The notes below the pieces were generated by a model. That model saw only the letters and a program-made list of their open reading frames with translations. It did not search any database and had not been told where the DNA came from. Below are positions 1 to 5,909 of a stretch of 6,067 bases of DNA, one piece after another (position 1 is the stretch's first letter; each line of letters begins with the position of its first letter). Made by a program: the position numbers and the translations under genes. The stretch comes from Cyanobacteriota bacterium (lineage in GTDB: Bacteria > Cyanobacteriota > Cyanobacteriia > Cyanobacteriales > Geitlerinemataceae), in the NCBI GenBank assembly GCA_034189805.1, contig JAXHUC010000042.1, forward strand, positions 22,111 to 28,177. Reading direction: 5' to 3'.

Positions 1-1
1 G

Positions 2-322
2 GTACGAAAACTCCTGGGAAACGAGCATCCCCATGTCGCCACCTCCCTCAACAACCTCGCCGGACTCTACAAATCCCAAGGGCGGTACGAAGATGCCGAA
101 CCCCTTTACCTAGATGCCCTGGAAATTTGCGATCGAAGTTTGGGTTCAGCTCATCCCAACACCCGCATCATCTGGAAAAATTACATCCTCTTCTGGAAAA
201 CTGCCCTGAACGAAGGACATTTAACGATGAATGACTTGCAAACCCACCCCCTCGCCTCGCAAATCCAGGCTGCACTCCAGCAGTTGATGACAGAGTTGGA
301 AGATACGGGAGAGGATGAGTGA
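2..322 (+). CDS. Tetratricopeptide-repeat protein (TPR_10/TPR_12, kinesin-light-chain type), C-terminal fragment; the 5' end lies outside the window
   Basis: The frame is open from base 2 to TGA at 320-322. The translation VRKLLGNEHPHVATSLNNLAGLYKSQGRYEDAEPLYLDALEICDRSLGSAHPNT... fits the KLC-type TPR consensus (HPdvAtsLnNLA.LY..qGrYeeAEpLy..AL.I....LG..HP.T). The ORF track only shows the part after an internal Met (140-322). Confidence 0.85.
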   Translation, partial: VRKLLGNEHPHVATSLNNLAGLYKSQGRYEDAEPLYLDALEICDRSLGSAHPNTRIIWKNYILFWKTALNEGHLTMNDLQTHPLASQIQAALQQLMTELEDTGEDE

Positions 323-453
323 TGGCTTATCGAATAATCGAACTTACCCCCAAACCCGCATATCGATATCAATTCCTTATCGTCGAAAAACTTTTGCGTC
401 GGCGTTGGATTTTTCTGAGTTTGACGATCGCCCTTTTGCAGTACACTTTCTAA
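322..453 (+). CDS. Hypothetical small ORF (43 aa), possibly the N-terminal part of a frameshifted 86-aa membrane-anchored protein (see findings)
   Basis: It is below the 60-aa cutoff of the ORF track and was found by hand. ATG 322-324 shares its A with the TPR stop TGA 320-322 (TGATG overlap). The translation is MAYRIIELTPKPAYRYQFLIVEKLLRRRWIFLSLTIALLQYTF*, with TAA at 451-453. Codon choice (ccc, aaa, gaa, caa, atc) resembles the confident genes. It has a basic patch (KLLRRR) followed by a hydrophobic run that is cut short by the stop codon. Confidence 0.35.
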   Translation: MAYRIIELTPKPAYRYQFLIVEKLLRRRWIFLSLTIALLQYTF

Positions 454-611
454 CTCAATCAAAGCAAATCGCAGAAATCGGGAGAAAACCGGAGATATTG
501 AAGAGTAAAACTCGATCGCTTTTCCAGCTTACCGCTCAATTTACCCAAATCTTACCCAATCTCGCCAATTTTGGCAACTGAAAAAGAAATAATAACCGAA
601 AAGACTTAAAA

Positions 612-842
612 TTAAACATACCTACCCCCTCCCCATCCAAATTTGGGGTATTCGTACCCTACCATCGAATGAGGCATGTTTAGCGTTCGGAACTCGGAAT
701 AGAAAATGGCAGGAGACAGAAAGGCAACTGTCGGCAGAAAAATGGTAGTCCCCCACCGCCGCTTTATCGCTGTAGCCATAAAAATTAGAACAGCCTGAAT
801 TGACACGATCGTCTTTCTTGCCCCGATCGCCTTCACCAACAT
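612..842 (-). CDS. Hypothetical small protein with two hydrophobic segments (76 aa from ATG 842; the track starts it at GTG 848)
   Basis: The minus-strand ORF reads MLVKAIGARKTIVSIQAVLIFMATAIKRRWGTTIFLPTVAFLSPAIFYSEFRTLNMPHSMVGYEYPKFGWGGGRYV. An AGGAG sits 7 nt upstream of ATG 842, and the ORF is divergent from the M48 gene. Against it, it uses codons that are rare in the confident genes (aga, agg, ata, cta), and I recognise no family. Confidence 0.25.
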   Translation of the reverse strand: MLVKAIGARKTIVSIQAVLIFMATAIKRRWGTTIFLPTVAFLSPAIFYSEFRTLNMPHSMVGYEYPKFGWGGGRYV

Positions 843-894
843 CCTCACACTCCTAAGCTCTAGCTAAAGGCTGACGGCTGAGCGCTAATCGCTG

Positions 895-903
895 TGATAG
901 AAT
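895..903 (+). promoter_or_regulatory. Candidate extended -10 promoter element (TGaTAGAAT) for the M48 peptidase gene
   Basis: ctgTGaTAGAATctg lies about 40 nt upstream of ATG 944. There is no convincing -35 at 17-bp spacing (ctgacg at 871-876 is too far away). This is a pattern match only. Confidence 0.3.
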
Positions 904-943
904 CTGACCCATACCGTTTGGCACAAGCATCGAAACACTTCCC

Positions 944-1798
944 ATGCGCAAGCTCATCGTTCGGTTGGCGATCGGTCTGGTATTTGCTCTCTTCGGCCTG
1001 ATTAATTACTACGGCAACGTCACGGAAAACCCCGTCACCGGAGAGCAGCAGCGGGTGCAACTCTCTCCCCGCCAAGAAATTGCGTTAGGGGTGCAAGCGC
1101 GGGACGAACTCGCCGCCCAACACGGGGGACTGTATCCCGATAACACCTTGCAAGAATATGTCGATCGGGTGGGAGAGCGGGTCGTGATGCAGTCGGAAGC
1201 CTCCCAACTCAATTACCCTTACGAATTTCACCTCCTCCAAGATCGCCAAACCATCAACGCCTTTGCCCTGCCTGGGGGACAAGTTTTCATTACCGCAGCG
1301 TTGCTCGGGCGCATGAATACGGAAGCCCAACTGGCGGGGGTTTTGGGTCACGAGGTAGGGCACGTCGTCGGACGGCACGGGGCGGAACACCTGGCGCGAC
1401 AGCAATTGGGGGCGGCTTTGGTGAATGCGGTGGGGATTGCTGCGAGTGAAGACCCCAACGATGCCCGTCGTGCGGCGATTCTCGCCCAAGCGGTGAATCA
1501 AATGGTCAATCTGCAATACGGTCGGGATGACGAACTAGAAAGCGATCGCCTCGGGTTTGAATTCATGACCGAAGCGGGCTACGATCCGCGCGGTATCGTC
1601 GAATTGATGTCGATTTTAGAGTCGGCGCGATCGGGGGCGCAACCGCCGGAGTTTTTCAGCACTCACCCCAATCCCGGCAATCGGGTCGCTCAACTCGAGG
1701 AGAGAATCGGGCAAGCTTACCCCAACGGCATCCCGGAAAATCTCGACGACGGACGCGATCGATTCGCCCAAATCGTGACCGCGCGGTTGGGAAGGTAA
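944..1798 (+). CDS. M48-family zinc metallopeptidase (Ste24/HtpX/YcaL-LoiP-like), N-terminally membrane-anchored or secreted
   Basis: The ORF is 284 aa. The HExxH zinc motif HEVGH is at aa 136-140 (nt 1349-1363). A downstream glutamate motif DELESDRLG and the FFSTHPNPGNR motif are typical of M48 peptidases. The N-terminus MRKLIVRLAIGLVFALFGLINYYG is a hydrophobic signal or anchor. Confidence 0.9.
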   Translation: MRKLIVRLAIGLVFALFGLINYYGNVTENPVTGEQQRVQLSPRQEIALGVQARDELAAQHGGLYPDNTLQEYVDRVGERVVMQSEASQLNYPYEFHLLQDRQTINAFALPGGQVFITAALLGRMNTEAQLAGVLGHEVGHVVGRHGAEHLARQQLGAALVNAVGIAASEDPNDARRAAILAQAVNQMVNLQYGRDDELESDRLGFEFMTEAGYDPRGIVELMSILESARSGAQPPEFFSTHPNPGNRVAQLEERIGQAYPNGIPENLDDGRDRFAQIVTARLGR

Positions 1799-1818
1799 AT
1801 TTTTAAGAATCTTTGATA

Positions 1819-1840
1819 CGTTTTCAAACGGGTTGAAACG
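1819..1840 (+). other. Imperfect AT-rich hairpin in the M48-DUF456 spacer, flanked by GATACG direct repeats
   Basis: The sequence is cgttttcaa-acggg-ttgaaacg, an 8-bp stem with one bulged T and a 5-nt loop. GATACG occurs at 1815-1820 and 1840-1845. No T-tract follows, so it is not a canonical intrinsic terminator. Confidence 0.25.
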
Positions 1841-1857
1841 ATACGAGGGAAGGGGCA

Positions 1858-2400
1858 ATGGATCTGACGGTATTGTATTGGATTTTGCTGGGGCTGATGG
1901 GGATTGGCGTTATCGGGGCGATCGTCCCCGGACTGCCCGGAACTAGCCTGATTCTGGTTTCCGTTCTGGCGTGGTGCGTGGCAACGGGATTTGCCGGAGT
2001 GGGCTGGCCGTTGGTGGCGGTGTTCGTCATTTTGATTTTGAGTGCCGGGATCGATTACCTGGCCCTTTATTGGGGCGTGGAGAAGGCGGGGGCGAGTAAA
2101 TGGGCGACCTTCGGATCGATTTTCGGACTGGTTCTCGGGGTATTCGGACTGCTGCCCGCCCTCCCTTTGGGCGGCCCGTTGCTGGGGCTGCTGGTGGGTC
2201 CGGTAGTGGGGGCGTTTGTTGGGGAGTGGCTATATCGAGGAGAGTTGGAACCTGGGGCGAGGACGAAGCAGGCGTTTAAAGCCTGTATGGGTGTTGTCGT
2301 CGGGTCCCTCATCGGTAATGTTATCGAAGCCCTGTTAGCGATCGCGGCGATCGTCATTTTTATTTTCAACACTTGGCCGCCGTTGGGAGTGAGTTTGTAA
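1858..2400 (+). CDS. DUF456 (YqgC-like) integral membrane protein
   Basis: The ORF is 180 aa and almost entirely hydrophobic and Gly-rich, with about 4 predicted TM segments. The layout is typical of DUF456: N-terminal IVPGLPGT, central WGVEKAGASKWATFGSIFGLVLGVFG..P..GGPLLG..VGPVVGAFVGEW, then a short polar loop and a final TM. A Shine-Dalgarno-like GAGGGAAGGGG lies directly upstream of the ATG. Confidence 0.8.
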   Translation: MDLTVLYWILLGLMGIGVIGAIVPGLPGTSLILVSVLAWCVATGFAGVGWPLVAVFVILILSAGIDYLALYWGVEKAGASKWATFGSIFGLVLGVFGLLPALPLGGPLLGLLVGPVVGAFVGEWLYRGELEPGARTKQAFKACMGVVVGSLIGNVIEALLAIAAIVIFIFNTWPPLGVSL

Positions 2401-2433
2401 TTTAACGTCAGGCGCAGGGTTAAGACAGTTTCC

Positions 2434-2496
2434 GGTGAAGGTGGGGAGGCTTTGGGGGCTTCGGGAGCTTCGGGAGCTGGGGGAGAATGAATGCAA
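2434..2496 (+). repeat. Copy A of a short G-rich intergenic repeat element (GGTGAAGGTGGGGAGG...GCTTCGGGA x2...TGGGGGAGAATGAATGCAA)
   Basis: Its 5' and 3' ends match the reverse complement of 4155-4201, and its interior and 3' part match 4093-4138 in direct orientation. It contains five G3+ runs (2443-2446, 2454-2458, 2463-2465, 2472-2474, 2479-2483) separated by 4-7 nt. Confidence 0.7.
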
Positions 2497-2546
2497 GATA
2501 CACAAAATTATCCCTGGTCTCCTTATCACCGCGTCATCTCCTTCTC

Positions 2547-2627
2547 CCGTTTCCCCCGTTTCCCCCGTTTCCCCCGTTTCCTCCGTTTCCCCCGTTTCCC
2601 CCGTTTCCCCCGTTTCCCCCGTTTCCT
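2547..2627. repeat. Tandem array of nine 9-bp units: CCGTTTCCC x7 plus two CCGTTTCCT variants (units 4 and 9)
   Basis: I counted it directly base by base. Units start at 2547, 2556, 2565, 2574, 2583, 2592, 2601, 2610 and 2619. The array is intergenic, 147 bp after the DUF456 stop and 167 bp before the FIST ATG. Confidence 0.95.
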
Positions 2628-2793
2628 CCCCAACTGGTGGGTTTTCGGTCGATTATTCAACAGGTGACAAAGTGAATAGACGATCGATTCTGACCTAAAC
2701 TGAAAGATAGATAGCAGATGGCGGTAATCCCATCGCATCCGACTCCGATATTGGACATCTGAAAGTCGATCGCCGATCCGCGTATGTTCGTCG

Positions 2794-4080
2794 ATGGGCG
2801 AACGTCAAACTAGCACCGAAGCAATCCATATGTCCGAGCGTATGAAGTGGGTTAACGCTTTGTCAACTCGTCCGTCCTTAGAAGCGGCAGTTGCAGAAGT
2901 TATCGAAACGGCCCAGCAATCTCTTTGTGTTCCCGCCGACTTAGGGTTGGTATTCATTTCTGCTGCCTTTGCCAGCGAATATCCCCGACTGATGCCGTTG
3001 CTCAAGGAGAAACTCGCCATTCCCCATCTGATCGGCTGCGGCGGAGGTGGTGTCGTCGGCAGCAATCCCGTCGGCACCCAGCGGCACGAAGTTGAAGGAG
3101 AACCGGCACTGAGTTTGATGTTGGGATATTTACCGGGGGTGAAGATCGACACCTTTCACCTTTCGGCGGAAGAGTTACCCGATTTAGATAGTCCGCCCGA
3201 TCGATGGGTTGATGCGATCGGGGTATCTCCCCAGGAACGACCCCATTTCATCCTGCTTGCCGATCCCTTCCTCTCCAAAGTTTACGACCTCCTCCAGGGA
3301 CTCGATTTCGCCTATCCGGGTTCCGCGAAGGTGGGGGGTCTCGCCAGTGCGGGGACTAGTTCCCAGGGCATGAGCTTGTTTTGCGACTACCAGCTTTACG
3401 AAGAAGGAACCATCGGCGTTGCCCTCAGCGGTAACGTCATCCTCGAGACGATCGTCGCCCAAGGTTGCCGTCCCATCGGCAACACCTACCGAGTCACCGA
3501 AGGGGAACGCAACATTATTTTAGGACTCGAAGAACTCGAGGCGGGAGAAGAAATTTCTGGTCGCGGCGAACCCCAGCCCCCGTTGAAATTGGTGCGCGAG
3601 TTAATTCAAACCCTGAATGAAGACGATCGCCAACTCGCTCAAACTTCCCTATTTATCGGCTTAGTGCGCGATGAATTCAAAACCGAGGTGGAACCGGGAG
3701 ACTTCCTGATTCGCAACTTAATCGGAGTCGATCCTCACGTGGGGGCGTTAGCCATCGGCGATCGGGTGCGTCCGGGTCAGCGAATTCAATTCCACCTGCG
3801 CGATGCGAGAACCTCTGCCGAAGACCTCGAGACCCTGTTGCAGCGCTATCAAATGCCCTCTGGAGTGATGTCTGAGACCGTCGGAGCCTTTATGTTTGCG
3901 TGCCTGGGACGGGGAGAAGGACTCTACGGCGAACCGGATTTCGACTCCGATTTATTTCACCGCTATCTCGAAAACGTTCCCCTGGGCGGCTTTTTCTGCA
4001 ACGGCGAAATCGGTCCGGTAGGAGGCAGCACCTTTTTACACGGCTATACATCGGTCTTTGGCATCTGTCGCCAACCGTGA
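2794..4080 (+). CDS. FIST (FIST_N + FIST_C) sensory-domain protein, stand-alone with no fused output domain
   Basis: The ORF is 428 aa. The C-terminus VPLGGFFCNGEIGPVGGSTFLHGYTSVFGICRQP matches the characteristic end of FIST_C (GffsyGEIgP....n.lHn.T). The N-terminal part (MKWVNALSTRPSLEAAVAEV...LGLVFISAAF) looks like FIST_N. The start is ambiguous: ATG 2794, 2830 or 2842 are all in frame and none has a clear SD. Confidence 0.75.
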   Translation: MGERQTSTEAIHMSERMKWVNALSTRPSLEAAVAEVIETAQQSLCVPADLGLVFISAAFASEYPRLMPLLKEKLAIPHLIGCGGGGVVGSNPVGTQRHEVEGEPALSLMLGYLPGVKIDTFHLSAEELPDLDSPPDRWVDAIGVSPQERPHFILLADPFLSKVYDLLQGLDFAYPGSAKVGGLASAGTSSQGMSLFCDYQLYEEGTIGVALSGNVILETIVAQGCRPIGNTYRVTEGERNIILGLEELEAGEEISGRGEPQPPLKLVRELIQTLNEDDRQLAQTSLFIGLVRDEFKTEVEPGDFLIRNLIGVDPHVGALAIGDRVRPGQRIQFHLRDARTSAEDLETLLQRYQMPSGVMSETVGAFMFACLGRGEGLYGEPDFDSDLFHRYLENVPLGGFFCNGEIGPVGGSTFLHGYTSVFGICRQP

Positions 4081-4092
4081 TGTTTCGCTCTC

Positions 4093-4201
4093 GGGGGCTT
4101 CGGAAGCTTTGTGGAAGCGAGACAAGGAGAATTTTGCATTTTTAATTTTTAATTTTGCATTTATTCTCCCCCATCTCCCCCACCTCCCTCACCTCCTCAC
4201 C
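4093..4201. repeat. Two inverted copies (B1 4093-4138 +, B2 4155-4201 -) of the same G-rich element as 2434-2496, around an A/T-rich core, between convergent genes
   Basis: B1 is gggggcttcggaagcttt..ggagaattttgca, against copy A gggggcttcgggagctt..ggagaatgaatgca. The reverse complement of B2 is ggtgaggaggtgagggaggtgggggagatgggggagaataaatgcaa, against copy A ggtgaaggtggggagg...ctgggggagaatgaatgcaa. GGAGAAT (4127-4133) and ATTCTCC (4163-4169) can pair as a 7-bp stem around tttgcatttttaatttttaattttgcatt. Confidence 0.65.
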
Positions 4202-5909
4202 TCTCCGCTTCATCCAACAGGGCTTCCGACTTCCACCAATTCTCCCCCCGTACCAACGTATGCACCTGCCAGTTCGGCTCGGTGTCGGGGAAGTCGCTGC
4301 GGTAATGTCCGCCTCGGCTTTCTTGACGAAATGCCGCACTTTTAAGGATGAGATCGGCGATATCGAGTAAGTTGCGAGTTTCGCCCCATGTTTGTAGTAG
4401 GTCGTGAGATTCGCTCCCAGTGATGTTGACCGATCGATTGGGTTGGAGGGTCAGCATCTCCTCGGAAACGGGTAACTCAGCTAGCAGCGTCTGCCACTGT
4501 TCGATTTGGGCGATCGCTCCCTGCAAATTCTCCGCATCCCGACAAATCCCCGCACTCTGCCACACGAGACGGGGTAACTCTTCCCGTAAAGTTTCCAGGC
4601 GATCGCGCGCAGTTCGATCGATTTCGACGACGCGAGACTCGTTTTCGAGGGTCGAGGCATCTCCGATCTCTTCCCAATCGGGAAGTTGTAACTCTCCCAA
4701 CTTCGCTCCAAACACCAAACATTCAAGTAGAGAATTACTCGCTAGGCGGTTCGCACCGTGTACCCCCGTACTGGCGGTTTCCCCGACAGCATACAGCCCC
4801 GGAATCGAGGTTTGGCAACTCAAATTTGCGGCAACTCCACCCATCCAATAGTGGGCGGCAGGGGAGACGGGGACGGGTTCGCGGAAAACATCGATCCCCC
4901 ACTGACGGCACACCTGGATGATGTTGGGAAATCGATGCCGGATGCGATCGGGTTCGATCGTCCGAAAATCCAGCCAAACGCAAGCATCGGGTTCGTTGTT
5001 GCAGGTACTTTGCAAATAGCGAAAAATGGCGCGACTGACCACATCTCGGGGGGCGAGTTCTCCAGCCGGGTGGTAGTCGAAAGCGAAACGGCGACCGCGA
5101 TCGTCCACTAAATGCGCCCCTTCTCCCCGAACCGCCTCGCTAATCAGAAATCTCGGCGCACCCGGTTTCGTTAAAGCAGTGGGGTGAAATTGAAAAAACT
5201 CCAAATCTCGCAAAACCGCGCCAGCACGCCACGCGATCGCCACCCCATCTCCTGTACTCACTGCCGGATTGGTGGTTTTGGCAAATACTTGTCCCCCGCC
5301 TCCAGTGGCTAAAACAACGGCTCTAGCACTCACCCAGTACACCTGAGAGCGGTACAACAAACTCGCCCCCCGGCAGCGACGGGTTTGCGGGTCGATCCAC
5401 AAATCCAAGGCAAACGCCCTCGAGAGAATTTGAATGTTGGGACGGCTGCGGACTTGCTGGCTGAGAATACTGACGATCGCCCGTCCCGTGGTGTCGGCTG
5501 CATGGAGGACTCGCCGTCGGGAATGAGCTGCTTCTAAGGTTAAGGCCAGAGCGCTACCGTGGCGATCGAAACCAACACCTAAATCGACCAGAGACTGAAT
5601 GCATTCGGGGGCTTCCTTGGCTAAAAACGCCACCGCTCCGACATCGCACAAACCCGCCCCGGCTTTGAGAGTATCTTCGATGTGGAGGGTTGGAGAATCC
5701 TCGGGGTCGATCGCTGCGGCAATTCCACCTTGAGCCCAATCGCTCGCAGATAGGGGTAATTCATCTTTGGTGACGAGGCCGATTTGCAGGGATTTGGGCA
5801 AACACAGGGCCGCATACAAGCCAGCGGCACCCGCACCGATGACCAATACATCAAATCCTGCGTGCAGTTGGGGGTTGGGTTCGGAATCCGACGCAGACAA
5901 ATTTACCAC
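4197..5909 (-). CDS. nadB: L-aspartate oxidase (first enzyme of de novo NAD biosynthesis; FAD-dependent)
   Basis: The ORF is 570 aa and carries the full set of family motifs: FDVLVIGAGAAGL (dinucleotide fold), WAQGGIAAA, FQFHPTAL, EAVRGEGAHL, AAHYWMGGV, GETASTGVHGANRLASNSLLECLVFG and ESRGGHYRSDFP. The start codon is GTG (5909-5907), preceded by GAAGAAGGA. No in-frame ATG lies upstream, because a TAA closes the frame. Confidence 0.95.
   Translation of the reverse strand: MVNLSASDSEPNPQLHAGFDVLVIGAGAAGLYAALCLPKSLQIGLVTKDELPLSASDWAQGGIAAAIDPEDSPTLHIEDTLKAGAGLCDVGAVAFLAKEAPECIQSLVDLGVGFDRHGSALALTLEAAHSRRRVLHAADTTGRAIVSILSQQVRSRPNIQILSRAFALDLWIDPQTRRCRGASLLYRSQVYWVSARAVVLATGGGGQVFAKTTNPAVSTGDGVAIAWRAGAVLRDLEFFQFHPTALTKPGAPRFLISEAVRGEGAHLVDDRGRRFAFDYHPAGELAPRDVVSRAIFRYLQSTCNNEPDACVWLDFRTIEPDRIRHRFPNIIQVCRQWGIDVFREPVPVSPAAHYWMGGVAANLSCQTSIPGLYAVGETASTGVHGANRLASNSLLECLVFGAKLGELQLPDWEEIGDASTLENESRVVEIDRTARDRLETLREELPRLVWQSAGICRDAENLQGAIAQIEQWQTLLAELPVSEEMLTLQPNRSVNITGSESHDLLQTWGETRNLLDIADLILKSAAFRQESRGGHYRSDFPDTEPNWQVHTLVRGENWWKSEALLDEAER

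Noticed and set aside
315-449. The N-terminal half of the 88-aa track ORF 315-581 (MSDGLSNNRTYPQTRISISIPYRRKTFASALDFSEF...).
   Set aside because: It is Ser/Arg-rich and not protein-like. The +1-shifted frame starting at ATG 322 gives a far more plausible peptide over the same bases. Only the part after about 450 of this frame looks coding (see the first finding).
181-462. A 93-aa minus-strand ORF (TTG start) that overlaps the TPR gene's 3' end.
   Set aside because: It overlaps about 140 nt of a confidently coding TPR frame in antisense. It starts at a TTG with no SD, and its C-terminal half (SISHHSSSPVSSNSV...) is low-complexity. It is most likely a shadow ORF.
1085-1516. Long antisense or alternative-frame ORFs inside confident genes. 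Examples are - 1085-1516 and - 1009-1212 in M48, - 2067-2372 in DUF456, - 2805-3152 and - 3184-3462 in FIST, and + 4420-4851 and + 4758-5111 plus several minus-strand off-frame ORFs in nadB.
   Set aside because: Each lies wholly within a gene whose own frame has unambiguous family motifs. The products are Arg/Ser/Pro/Gly-rich, as expected for off-frame reading of fairly GC-rich coding DNA.
2547-2627. A CRISPR array interpretation of the regularly spaced repeats.
   Set aside because: The units are 9 bp and directly abutting with no spacers. No cas genes or leader are present. This is a simple tandem repeat.
2435-2738. Three track ORFs run across the repeat array: + 2435-2698 (SPVSPVSPV...), + 2487-2675 (PFPPFPPFPP...) and - 2526-2738 (GKRGKRGKR...).
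   Set aside because: They are open only because a 9-bp tandem unit cannot introduce stops in any frame. The products are pure low-complexity sequence, three mutually exclusive frames are equally open, and none has a convincing start or SD. They are repeat artefacts.
4096-4112. A possible intrinsic terminator for the FIST gene (gGCTTcggAAGCttt).
   Set aside because: The stem is only 4 bp with a 3-nt loop and a 3-T tail, which is too weak to call. The larger inverted repeat also pairs poorly beyond 7 bp.
4058-4370. The + ORFs 4058-4345 and 4155-4370 and the - ORF 4142-4339, which span the C-rich element and the nadB 3' end.
   Set aside because: They are driven by the low-complexity C/T-rich repeat (LPHLPHLPHL, SPISPTSLTSSP) and then run antisense or off-frame through nadB. 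There are no start signals.
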